This document shows, in pieces, positions 1-10,658 of a DNA stretch of 64,000 nt; within the stretch, counting starts at the first letter, position 1, and each line of letters begins with the position of its first letter. Position numbers and translations under genes: made by a program. The notes below the pieces were generated by a model. The model was not told where the DNA came from. It made no database searches and saw only the letters and a list, made by a program, of their open reading frames with translations. Source of the stretch: an uncultured Gammaproteobacteria bacterium (GTDB lineage Bacteria > Pseudomonadota > Gammaproteobacteria > Eutrophobiales > Eutrophobiaceae); the NCBI GenBank assembly GCA_943788815.1, contig CALSRS010000003.1, positions 161,193 to 225,192 of the forward strand. The letters are read 5' to 3'.

Positions 1-492
1 CCGGGTTGGTTAAATGTGGATATATTTCCTCCAGCAGATCTTACCTTGGATCTGAGAGAAGAGTTTCCATTTCCTGATGTAAGTTTTTCTTTAATTTATT
101 CAGAGCATTTTTTTGAACACATAGAATACCCCACAACAGCCAAATTATTTCTATCAGAATGTAATCGAGTTTTGAAAAAAGATGGAAAAATAAGATTAGC
201 TGTTCCTGATACTGTATGGCCAATGATGGAATATTGTGGTGTCAGTAATAATGGTTACTTTAATATTGCAAAAGAGGATTGGCATCCAGACTGGTGCACA
301 ACAAATATAGAACATATTAATTATCATTTCAGGCAGGACGGAGAGCATAAGTTTGCATACGATTTTGAGACTCTAGAAAAAATTCTGTTATTAACAGGCT
401 TTATCAATATTGAGCAGACAGAGTTTCAAGTAGATATAGATAGTGAAGCAAGAAAAAAAGGAACTTTATATATAAATGCAATAAAAGCATAA
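1..492 (+). CDS. Class I SAM-dependent methyltransferase (Methyltransf_11-like), 5'-truncated by the window edge
   Basis: The frame is open from nt 1 (PGWLNVDIFPPADL...). The ORF track shows the C-terminal part of a small MTase fold (DGKIRLAVPD, EHFFEHIEYP). The stop codon is 4 nt before the next GT gene. The region is AT-rich. Confidence 0.55.
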   Translation, partial: PGWLNVDIFPPADLTLDLREEFPFPDVSFSLIYSEHFFEHIEYPTTAKLFLSECNRVLKKDGKIRLAVPDTVWPMMEYCGVSNNGYFNIAKEDWHPDWCTTNIEHINYHFRQDGEHKFAYDFETLEKILLLTGFINIEQTEFQVDIDSEARKKGTLYINAIKA

Positions 493-495
493 TAG

Positions 496-1599
496 ATGAA
501 AATCCTTTACCTCACTAAGCGTTTCTATATGTCCAGGGACATAGTTAATGACCACTATGGTCGTTATTATGAAATTCCAAAATATCTTTCTATCATGGGA
601 CATGATGTGAGTTTATTTTGTCTTAGTTATAGGAATGCTAATGAAATAACAATATCTTCTGAAACAAATTTGACTGTGAAATCATGGAATTTGGGAATTA
701 ATCCAATTTATGGATTAATAAGACACTACAGTCGTCTTAATCAGATTGTTAGAGATTCAAGACCAGATATTATTATTGCTGGCTCAGACTGTTTTCAAGT
801 GATCATGGGGGCCCGTTTGGCAAAACATAATTCTATCCCAGTTATTGCTGATCTTTATGATAATTATGAAAGTTATAAGGCATCCAGAATCCCTCTCGTC
901 TTACTAATATTTTACCGACGTTTGCTTGATGTTGACTTCATTACAGTTATCTCCAACAAATTAAAAAAATTAATTATATCAAGGACAATATCAAATAAGA
1001 GAATAGATGTTATTGAAAATGCTGTGTCTGAAAATTTCCTTGGGAAAAATGAAAAAGATATGTCTAGAGAAGCATTTAATTTTAAATCAAATGAATTGTA
1101 TATAGGAACTGCTGGAAGTCTAAGTGTAGATAATGGTGTTAAGATCCTAATCGATGCCTTCACAGAACTATCTATTCAAAATAGTAAACTAAATTTAGTA
1201 CTTGCAGGTAGAATAGATAAAAATCTAAATATACCTGATAATGAAAATATTCATTATGTTGGAGACCTTCCACATAAACAAATTCCAATATTTTTATCTG
1301 CCCTGGATCTTGGTGTTATCTGTATTAAAGATAATGATTTTGGACGATATTGTTTTCCTCAGAAATTCTATGAGATGGTTGCATGTATGCTTCCATTAAT
1401 ATCTACCAATGTTGGTGAGATGAGCCGATTACTAAATGGAAATGAGCAATTATTATTTAAAGAAAATAATAAAGATGATTTAATTCGGGCAATTAATTAT
1501 CAGATTAAAAATAAAGTCATCCTCAATAATAAGGTCCCAACTTGGAAAGATCAGGCGGGAAAATTAGATAATATAATTAAGACCATGATAACTAATTAG
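496..1599 (+). CDS. Glycosyltransferase family 1 (GT4-like, retaining)
   Basis: 367 aa. The C-terminal half carries the GT1 E-X7-E-like signature (FPQKFYEMVACMLPLISTNVGEMS). It has a two Rossmann-domain layout and ATG start with the upstream gene ending 4 nt before. It is very AT-rich relative to the core genes. Confidence 0.65.
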   Translation: MKILYLTKRFYMSRDIVNDHYGRYYEIPKYLSIMGHDVSLFCLSYRNANEITISSETNLTVKSWNLGINPIYGLIRHYSRLNQIVRDSRPDIIIAGSDCFQVIMGARLAKHNSIPVIADLYDNYESYKASRIPLVLLIFYRRLLDVDFITVISNKLKKLIISRTISNKRIDVIENAVSENFLGKNEKDMSREAFNFKSNELYIGTAGSLSVDNGVKILIDAFTELSIQNSKLNLVLAGRIDKNLNIPDNENIHYVGDLPHKQIPIFLSALDLGVICIKDNDFGRYCFPQKFYEMVACMLPLISTNVGEMSRLLNGNEQLLFKENNKDDLIRAINYQIKNKVILNNKVPTWKDQAGKLDNIIKTMITN

Positions 1600-1626
1600 C
1601 AATCATGAGAGATTAAACAATAAATT

Positions 1627-2415
1627 TTAATTTACGTTGTTTTCACTGCGGATTAACTTGAAGAGTTCTTCGTGTAATTTTGAATTAGCCGTGAGAATAT
1701 TACCTGTTTTAAGGTAGGAATCATCATTGTTAATGCTGGTGACTATTGCTCCTGACTCCTGGAGCAAGAGGGCCCCCGCAGCCATGTCCCACTCTTTAAG
1801 GCCAAATTCCCAGAAACCATCTAATCGTCCGCATGCAACATAAGCAAGATCGAGTGATGCTGCCCCGGCCCTTCTTATACCGGCAGTTTTGGGGAAAATT
1901 GCTCTAAATATATTTATAAAATCTTCCAGCTTGTCACTTTCACCAAAAGGAAAGCCTGTCCCCAATAAGGCACCGTTAAGATTTTTGCGGTTACTTACAC
2001 GAATTTTTCTGCCGTTCAATTGTGATCCGGCCCCTTTGCTTGCAGTAAATAATTCTTGTTTAAAGGGATCATATATTACTGCATGTACAATTTTCTCTTT
2101 ATGTTTTACAGCAATTGATACTGCAAATTGGGGGAAACCATGAAGAAAATTGGTTGTACCATCCAGGGGATCAATTATCCATTGGTATTCTCCTGATCCT
2201 TGTTCCCCACTTTCTTCTGCAAGAATCGCGTGGTCAGGATAGGATTTTAGAATTGTATTAATAATGAGTTGTTCAGATTTCTTGTCAACTACAGAAACAT
2301 AGTCATGCATACTTTTATCAGTAACCTCAAGATTAGCTACGTCATCAAGGCTCTGAATAATAAAATCACCAGCTATTCGTGCTGCGCGTATTCCAATTGT
2401 TAGTAGAGGGTGCAT
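1627..2415 (-). CDS. suhB: Inositol-1-monophosphatase SuhB
   Basis: 262 aa with IMPase motifs (WIIDPLDGTTNFLHGFPQFAVSIA; EESGE; GAAS). ATG confirmed at 2413-2415. Confidence 0.9.
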   Translation of the reverse strand: MHPLLTIGIRAARIAGDFIIQSLDDVANLEVTDKSMHDYVSVVDKKSEQLIINTILKSYPDHAILAEESGEQGSGEYQWIIDPLDGTTNFLHGFPQFAVSIAVKHKEKIVHAVIYDPFKQELFTASKGAGSQLNGRKIRVSNRKNLNGALLGTGFPFGESDKLEDFINIFRAIFPKTAGIRRAGAASLDLAYVACGRLDGFWEFGLKEWDMAAGALLLQESGAIVTSINNDDSYLKTGNILTANSKLHEELFKLIRSENNVN

Positions 2416-2477
2416 AACTTAGAACAGATACTCAATTAATCGGATAAAACGGTATGTAAGTTTAGGATTGTAACCTA

Positions 2478-4046
2478 TTACCTTAAAGTAGTATTGATAA
2501 TTTTTTCAAGAAGAAAGATTTCTATATTGTTATTGCGGTCTTTAAAGTAAGCAACTTCATGGTAGTCATCATTTGATACTCTTTGCATGGGATAAAATTC
2601 AGGATATTTCCCCGCCGCATCATATACAGGCATAGCCAGTATGTAATTGCAGGCACTAGACCCATTAGTAAATTCTTCATCAGAGACTTCAGGACGAGGT
2701 AATACACTGGAAACTCTTTTGGCATGTAACATAATAATAGGCGCTTGTATCGAGTAAATACATTCATTCTCAGGAACAAAGTTTTGTATTTCTTTTATCG
2801 ATTTGACTATAAAGTATGAATTATTAATCAGTATCTCTGCATTTTCTATATTATTCGCCATTAACCAATTACGGTCGCGGCGATAAGGCATTAACTCTGT
2901 ATCAACACTTGCATAAGCTCTGCTTATATATTGATAAGACGAAGGGGATAATACAGAAATGATTAGAACAATTATTAGAGAATTTCCAAATAATCGTAAA
3001 TTATAGGACTTGTGAAAATGAAAATATTCCATGATGAAATACAATAGACAAATAGGAATTATAGGGTAAAGAAATCTAGATACAAAAAAAATACTGTCGT
3101 ATGGCCAAATTAAAACTATCGCCATATATAAAATTAAAAATATTGCATCAAGTTCAAATTTTCTGATTCGTTTCAGTAATCTTGTAATTGTAAATGTAAG
3201 TATAATAAGTAGTAGAATATTTGTTAAAATTTGATGCAATAATCCAGTCTCAATTCCTGAAAATAGCCAATATATCGACTTGTAGAATATAAGGATTTTC
3301 TGAGTAATGAGATCCAATGCATCTGTTGGGGATAAATTGAATATAGTAGAAGTGAATATATCTATATAACTTGACCGGTCAGGATTGCTTTGCCTTATAA
3401 AATTCCAAAATAGAAAAGGAAGTAAGCAAGCTACTGAATATATTGCTGAATATTTATTTTTTTTCAGAAACATATGAATAATAAAAGCGAAAACAAATGC
3501 AATTCCGATAGATCTTGTAAGAGATGCAAGCGCTACTAAAAGTACTATGCCAATCCAATCCCTGCTATCACGATTCACTTTGCAACTAAGTAACAATGCT
3601 CCGTAGATAAAAATCATAAAGAGAAACTCACTCCACAATTCTTGGGAAAAAATTATGCTGCCAGGCAACATTAGCAGCAGTAAAAATGAGCCATAGGCAA
3701 AAAAATAATTACCAGTGTTTTTGTATATCCATAATGCAGAAATTAAAAAAGACATAACTTGCATTGTGACTGTAATATTTGTTGCCGTTGCAAGGTTATT
3801 GGAGTTGCCACCGAATAAACCAAGTATCATTGGGTATACTGGTGGGAAATAACTGTTTGTACGGAGTAAATCATATATGGCCTGAGCGCCGTTAGTACTG
3901 AATGTGTACATATCAGCGAGTAACAAATAAACAGCGTCATCAGAATTCGACCCAGCAAGCTGGTCATTGTATGTTATAGAAAAATAAAAAATATATCCTG
4001 AAACTACTAGTAGAATGAAAAAGTAATATTTTAAATTGACGAACAT
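2478..4046 (-). CDS. Polytopic membrane protein, GT-C-fold glycosyltransferase-like (ArnT/PMT-like), function unknown
   Basis: 522 aa. The N-terminal ~380 aa is extremely hydrophobic with more than 10 predicted TM helices. An acidic DD motif lies in the first extracytoplasmic loop (GSNSDDAVYLLLADMY), as in GT-C enzymes. The C-terminal ~140 aa is soluble. It lies adjacent to a DPM1-like GT2 and is AT-rich. Confidence 0.45.
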   Translation of the reverse strand: MFVNLKYYFFILLVVSGYIFYFSITYNDQLAGSNSDDAVYLLLADMYTFSTNGAQAIYDLLRTNSYFPPVYPMILGLFGGNSNNLATATNITVTMQVMSFLISALWIYKNTGNYFFAYGSFLLLLMLPGSIIFSQELWSEFLFMIFIYGALLLSCKVNRDSRDWIGIVLLVALASLTRSIGIAFVFAFIIHMFLKKNKYSAIYSVACLLPFLFWNFIRQSNPDRSSYIDIFTSTIFNLSPTDALDLITQKILIFYKSIYWLFSGIETGLLHQILTNILLLIILTFTITRLLKRIRKFELDAIFLILYMAIVLIWPYDSIFFVSRFLYPIIPICLLYFIMEYFHFHKSYNLRLFGNSLIIVLIISVLSPSSYQYISRAYASVDTELMPYRRDRNWLMANNIENAEILINNSYFIVKSIKEIQNFVPENECIYSIQAPIIMLHAKRVSSVLPRPEVSDEEFTNGSSACNYILAMPVYDAAGKYPEFYPMQRVSNDDYHEVAYFKDRNNNIEIFLLEKIINTTLR

Positions 4047-4113
4047 ATGATCAGAGAGTCATATTCTTTAATATTTTTGAAGCTGAACATTAATAAAACG
4101 TGAGGCTGTTAAT

Positions 4114-4815
4114 TTATATTCTGAGAAAACCATATTTTATTATGCAATAAATCGCACTTATCCCATCACGCCAGTTGATCTTCTTCCCCTCTGCATATGT
4201 TCTTCCAGCATATGATATACCAACTTCATATATTTTTATTTCAGGAATACGGGAGATTTTGATTGTCACTTCTGGCTCAAATCCAAATCGGTCTTCCGTT
4301 AATTCAATGCTCTTAATTATTTCTTTCTTAAATAATTTATAGCAGGTCTCCATATCTGTAAGATTTAAATCACTAAACATATTGCAAAATAAAGTTAAAA
4401 ATCTATTACCAATGGAGTGCCAGAAATATAGCACTCGGTGAGATTCTCCTCCCAAAAAGCGACTTCCGTAAACCACATCCGCATTATTCTTGATCACAGG
4501 TTCTATCATTAAGCAATATTCAGCTGGATCGTATTCAAGGTCAGCATCCTGAATAATTATATAATCACCTTCAGCTATACTTATACCTGTTCTAATCGCC
4601 GCCCCTTTTCCCTGGTTTGAATTATGTAATTCAAGCAAATCTATATATTTGTTTAGTTTTCCAGAAAGTAAATCGCGAGTGCCGTCAGTTGATCCATCAT
4701 CAACAACAATAACCTGTTTATTTTTCACTGGAGAAGAGTTGACCTTTTCCAGCAAGCGTTCTATGGTCGCTTCTTCGTTAAAACAAGGAATAATTATTGA
4801 AAGAGTGTATGACAT
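4114..4815 (-). CDS. GT2 family polyprenyl-phosphate sugar transferase (DPM1/ArnC-like catalytic domain, no C-terminal TM anchor)
   Basis: 233 aa: LSIIIPCFNEE...VVDDGSTDGT...QDADLEYDP (GT-A DXD region). ATG at 4813-4815. The stop codon lies 67 nt after the start codon of the GT-C gene on the same strand. Confidence 0.75.
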   Translation of the reverse strand: MSYTLSIIIPCFNEEATIERLLEKVNSSPVKNKQVIVVDDGSTDGTRDLLSGKLNKYIDLLELHNSNQGKGAAIRTGISIAEGDYIIIQDADLEYDPAEYCLMIEPVIKNNADVVYGSRFLGGESHRVLYFWHSIGNRFLTLFCNMFSDLNLTDMETCYKLFKKEIIKSIELTEDRFGFEPEVTIKISRIPEIKIYEVGISYAGRTYAEGKKINWRDGISAIYCIIKYGFLRI

Positions 4816-4948
4816 GTTATTTTATATAATTATGAATATGGAGTATGAAAATATATTATCTTTTGGATAAATTATAATTGTGTTTGTTTCAAGCTGAGCA
4901 TTATAAATTATCGGGATTATTAAAACTTATTTTTTGAAAAAAAAACAT

Positions 4949-5692
4949 ATGAATTCGGTAACATTACATAATATTAAGATAATTTTAGTTGAAACCACTC
5001 ATCCTGGGAATATAGGTGCGTCTGCCAGAGCAATGAAAACCATGGGTTTAGGAGCACTCAGACTAGTAAACCCAAAATTATTTCCCAGTGCAGATGCTAC
5101 AGTCCGTGCCGCAGGTGCAGATGACATTCTATCAGAAGCAGAAATTTATGATTCACTTGCCGATGCAGTTGGAGATTGCAAGTATCTTTATGGAACAAGT
5201 ACCAGGAAACGTTCTTTACAATGCGAAGTCTTAAGTCCTGAGTCTGCAACGAATGAAATTATTAATGTCATGGACAATGACATTAATATAGGGATAGTGT
5301 TTGGAAGGGAGAGAACTGGATTGACGAACAGTGAACTGGATCTCTGTAATAAGATGGTTGCGATACCCACAAATCCAGAATTTTCATCTCTCAATATTGC
5401 CTCTGCAGTTCAGATCATATGTTATGAAATAATAAAAAGATCTCTCATTACAGGCCAGGATAATGTGTCTGCTAAATACGAAAATACTCCTGTAGATAGT
5501 TCTGAATTGGCCCGGCTTTATGCTCATCTGGAACAATGTTTGATAGATATTGATTTCCTGGATCCCTTAAAACCCAGACGATTGATGAGGAGGTTGAAGC
5601 AATTATTTAACCGGACAGAAATGGATCAGAATGAATATAATATTTTACGAGGGATACTGACAGCAGTTCAGGAAAAAATTAAACAAAAATAA
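4949..5692 (+). CDS. trmJ: tRNA (cytidine/uridine-2'-O)-methyltransferase TrmJ (SpoU family)
   Basis: IKIILVETTHPGNIGASARAMKTMGL aligns with the E. coli TrmJ N-terminus. The ORF-track start at 4934 is TTG. The in-frame ATG at 4949 gives MNSVTLHNIKI..., matching the E. coli start. Confidence 0.85.
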   Translation: MNSVTLHNIKIILVETTHPGNIGASARAMKTMGLGALRLVNPKLFPSADATVRAAGADDILSEAEIYDSLADAVGDCKYLYGTSTRKRSLQCEVLSPESATNEIINVMDNDINIGIVFGRERTGLTNSELDLCNKMVAIPTNPEFSSLNIASAVQIICYEIIKRSLITGQDNVSAKYENTPVDSSELARLYAHLEQCLIDIDFLDPLKPRRLMRRLKQLFNRTEMDQNEYNILRGILTAVQEKIKQK

Positions 5693-6728
5693 CTTGCTCA
5701 TCTTTGTTAGAGACGGCTGAGGAAATTTCTCCCAGACGCCATGCGATTTCACCCATAGATTGTAACTGGCTAATAACTGGGTCCGTATCCTTTTCCTCTA
5801 CGATTATTACCAAACCAACACCACAGTTAAATACCCGGTACATTTCATCCTGGGAGATATTTCCGGTTTCTTGTAACCAGTTAAAGATTTCTGGACGTTG
5901 CCATGAATTCTGGTCTATAGAAAGTTTAACGGTTTCTGGGAGTATCCTCGGTAAATTTTCCACTAAGCCACCACCGGTAATATGAGAAATACCTTTTACC
6001 GTATGTCTTTTACAAATCTCAAGTACCGAATTTACGTATATTCGTGTTGGTGTTAATAGTACTTCCTGCAGACTTTTATCATCGAGCTTATCTGTTAATT
6101 TCGTATTGGAAATTTCAAGTACCTTACGAACCAGAGAAAAACCATTTGAATGCAAACCACTAGAAGCAAGACCAATAGCAACGTGTCCGGGTTCGATTGA
6201 ATTACCATCAATAATATTATCTTTTTCCACTACCCCTACACAGAACCCTGCGAGGTCATAATCGTTTCCCTGATACATCCCAGGCATTTCTGCAGTTTCA
6301 CCACCCAGCAGCGCACAGTTCGCCAATTCACATCCCTTGACTATGCCTTGAATGATAGATTCTCCCTGCTTAACATCAAGTTTACCCGTAGCAAAATAAT
6401 CCAGGAAAAATAATGGTTCAGCACCCAGTACCAGTAAGTCATTAACACACATTGCGACCAGATCAATACCGACTTCATCGTGTTTATTTGCCTCAATGGC
6501 GATTTTTAATTTTGTGCCTACTCCATCTGTCCCTGAGACGAGCACCGGCTTTTTATATGGCAGGGAGGAAATATCAAAGAGTCCTCCAAAACCCCCAATA
6601 TTCCCAAGTACACCCTGGCGCTTAGTCCTTTTAACCTGGTTTTTAATTCGATCAACTAATTCATTACCACTATTGATATCAACACCGGCATCGGAATAGT
6701 TCAATTTTGTCTTTTTTGGCTGCACCAT
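5679..6728 (-). CDS. purM: Phosphoribosylformylglycinamidine cyclo-ligase (AIR synthetase) PurM
   Basis: MVQPKKTKLNYSDAGVDINSGNELVDRIK matches the PurM N-terminus. The ORF-track 395-aa version, starting at 6866, overlaps the divergent DUF2066 gene. Trimming to the ATG at 6726-6728 gives 350 aa. Confidence 0.9.
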   Translation of the reverse strand: MVQPKKTKLNYSDAGVDINSGNELVDRIKNQVKRTKRQGVLGNIGGFGGLFDISSLPYKKPVLVSGTDGVGTKLKIAIEANKHDEVGIDLVAMCVNDLLVLGAEPLFFLDYFATGKLDVKQGESIIQGIVKGCELANCALLGGETAEMPGMYQGNDYDLAGFCVGVVEKDNIIDGNSIEPGHVAIGLASSGLHSNGFSLVRKVLEISNTKLTDKLDDKSLQEVLLTPTRIYVNSVLEICKRHTVKGISHITGGGLVENLPRILPETVKLSIDQNSWQRPEIFNWLQETGNISQDEMYRVFNCGVGLVIIVEEKDTDPVISQLQSMGEIAWRLGEISSAVSNKDEQVIFV

Positions 6729-6805
6729 GGGGTGTAATAGTATCTGGAGAGCAATAGACTGGCAATCCTTGACTTGTAAGACACTCTTGCTTAGCTTATC
6801 CACAC

Positions 6806-7855
6806 ATGAGAATAGTAATTTTCCACTTAGTTTTGTATTTCCTGGTATTGATTTCATATCAGGCACATGCCATCAGGGTCCCAGGCCTTTATGAGGCCGA
6901 GGTATTTGTTGATGATCAGTCTGTATCATCACGAGAACGTGCGATGGAGTCTGCAATGAAGCTGGTATTGGTTAAATTGACCGGGGACAGAAATGCAGAT
7001 ACCCGTTTAGAGCTTCGACCCGTAATTAGCCAGGCTGGGGATTATGTCCAGCAATATAGATATCTTGAGCCTGAAATAGCCCAGCCCTTGGCTGGATTAG
7101 ATGATCAATTACCCATAATTATACGATTTGATGAGACGAATCTTAATAATGCATTAAGAAATCTCGGGATTCAGGTTTGGGGCAGGGAAAGACCTTCTAC
7201 TTTAGTCTGGATTGCCAAACAGGACGAGTCTTATAGAGATATAATCCAGCCTGAAACATTTCCTGAGGTATTTAGCGAAATTGAAGGACGCGCAAAAGAA
7301 AGGGGAATCGTTCTTATTAATCCCCTATTTGACCTGCAAGATAATTCAGCATTACGGCCCAGTGATATATGGGGCGAATTTCATTTTTCGGTCAAAAATG
7401 CATCTCAGCGTTATTATCCGGATATTATCCTTACAGGAAAGATTGAAGCACCGATCCCAGGTATATGGGAAGGGCAATGGACAGTCTATTTGGGTGATAG
7501 TATTGAGCAGTTTTCTACCGAAGGTTCTTACCTTGAAGCAGTCCTTCGAGAAGGTGTCGATGGATTATCAGATATTATTGCAAACAATTACAGCACTACC
7601 ATCATGGCGGATGTTGGCACTGTTTTACTCCAGATCGTTGATATTATTACGGTGGAACAATATGCAAAAGTCCTGAAATACTTTGAATCTTTAAGTCCGG
7701 TTACTGAAGTTGAAGTACTTGAAATAACGCCGGGTCAAATTGATTTTAAAATTCATGCCCACGGCGGAGCTACTGCAATAATTCAGGCAATAAATTTTGG
7801 GCGTGTTCTTGAAGCAGTCGGAAATAGCCAGAACATGTATCGCATCTTACCTTGA
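6806..7855 (+). CDS. DUF2066 domain-containing secreted protein
   Basis: 349 aa with an N-terminal signal-like segment (LVLYFLVLISYQAHA). Its position between purM and perM/hda matches the conserved pseudomonad arrangement, recalled from memory. The start could be later. Confidence 0.6.
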   Translation: MRIVIFHLVLYFLVLISYQAHAIRVPGLYEAEVFVDDQSVSSRERAMESAMKLVLVKLTGDRNADTRLELRPVISQAGDYVQQYRYLEPEIAQPLAGLDDQLPIIIRFDETNLNNALRNLGIQVWGRERPSTLVWIAKQDESYRDIIQPETFPEVFSEIEGRAKERGIVLINPLFDLQDNSALRPSDIWGEFHFSVKNASQRYYPDIILTGKIEAPIPGIWEGQWTVYLGDSIEQFSTEGSYLEAVLREGVDGLSDIIANNYSTTIMADVGTVLLQIVDIITVEQYAKVLKYFESLSPVTEVEVLEITPGQIDFKIHAHGGATAIIQAINFGRVLEAVGNSQNMYRILP

Positions 7856-8904
7856 TGGTGTCAGACTCTCTAAAATGGCTGATTATCTTCTCTGCAATTA
7901 TATTTGGATGGTTGATTTATTTATTGGCACCTATTATCACCCCATTTTTAATCTCTGGCGTTATTGCATATCTGTTTGACCCACTGGTTGACAAGTTGGA
8001 AAAGAAATTTTCCAGGACGTTCTCAGTCATTACGATATTCTTTTTAATCATAATTTTAATTCTTGGCTTATTTCTCATATTAATACCGATACTTCACAAT
8101 GAGATAGTTAAGCTTATTCAGTATGCTCCTGAGCTTTTGGTGCGTATTCAAAATGAATATTTACCCCTTATTTCAGATTTTATCGGATACGAACTTAAGA
8201 GTCTGGACATTGAAACCATTAGAAATAGTCTCAGAAATAATTGGCAGGAAGTGGGGAATCTAGCCAGTGCTATTATGTTTAACATTACGAGTTCTGGTCA
8301 GGCACTATTTACCATACTGGCCTATTTGCTTCTTATTCCCGTGGTTACATTTTATCTATTGCGAGACTGGGATGAGCTTTTGGAAAAAATGAAAATACTT
8401 ATTCCAGTAAAATTTAAAAAAACGATAATTAGCTTGTTTAATGAGTGTGACAATGTTCTCTCAGAATTCTTACGAGGTCAGTTGCTGGTAATGCTATCAC
8501 TCTCGCTAATATATTCCTCTGGACTTTGGTTAGCCGGGATTGAGTACTCCTTGTTAACTGGCTTTTTCTCTGGTTTTGTCAGTTTTGTTCCTTATCTTGG
8601 AGCTATCACAGGAATAGTGATTGCAGGTACTATTGCTTTTTTTCAGCATCAGGATCTACTGCATTTACTATTTGTTGCACTAGTTTTTGGGACGGGGCAA
8701 GCTATAGAAGGCATGATCTTATCTCCACTCCTGGTTGGTGACAGAATAGGTTTACATCCAGTTGCTGTCATTTTTGCTGTCATGGCAGGGGGGCAATTAT
8801 TTGGGTTTACGGGAATATTAATTGCCTTGCCTGTGGCAGCAGTTTTATTGGTAGTAGGGCGGTTTGTATTTGATAAATATACCATCAGTAAATTGTATTC
8901 TTGA
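7855..8904 (+). CDS. perM: AI-2E family transporter (PerM/YdiK-like permease)
   Basis: Polytopic protein with the typical C-terminal GFTGILIALPVAAVLLVVGRFVF segment. TTG-ATG-GTG occur at 7852-7860. The ATG at 7855 overlaps the stop of the upstream gene. Confidence 0.8.
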   Translation: MVSDSLKWLIIFSAIIFGWLIYLLAPIITPFLISGVIAYLFDPLVDKLEKKFSRTFSVITIFFLIIILILGLFLILIPILHNEIVKLIQYAPELLVRIQNEYLPLISDFIGYELKSLDIETIRNSLRNNWQEVGNLASAIMFNITSSGQALFTILAYLLLIPVVTFYLLRDWDELLEKMKILIPVKFKKTIISLFNECDNVLSEFLRGQLLVMLSLSLIYSSGLWLAGIEYSLLTGFFSGFVSFVPYLGAITGIVIAGTIAFFQHQDLLHLLFVALVFGTGQAIEGMILSPLLVGDRIGLHPVAVIFAVMAGGQLFGFTGILIALPVAAVLLVVGRFVFDKYTISKLYS

Positions 8905-8907
8905 AAA

Positions 8908-10551
<1,644 letters not shown>

Positions 10552-10658
10552 AGTTACCTCCAGGTAGGTATCAGTGATATTCTTATGTATGATATTGTTC
10601 GCTTTACTGAATTAAATATGAAAACGACATGCCCATGATTATACTTCATATATAAATT

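Noticed and set aside
5679-6866. The 395-aa PurM ORF extends 45 codons upstream and overlaps the DUF2066 gene start.
   Set aside because: The PurM N-terminus aligns from MVQPKKTKLNYSDAGVDI (ATG at 6726-6728). The extension is an upstream in-frame ATG with no homology, so I trimmed to 5679..6728.
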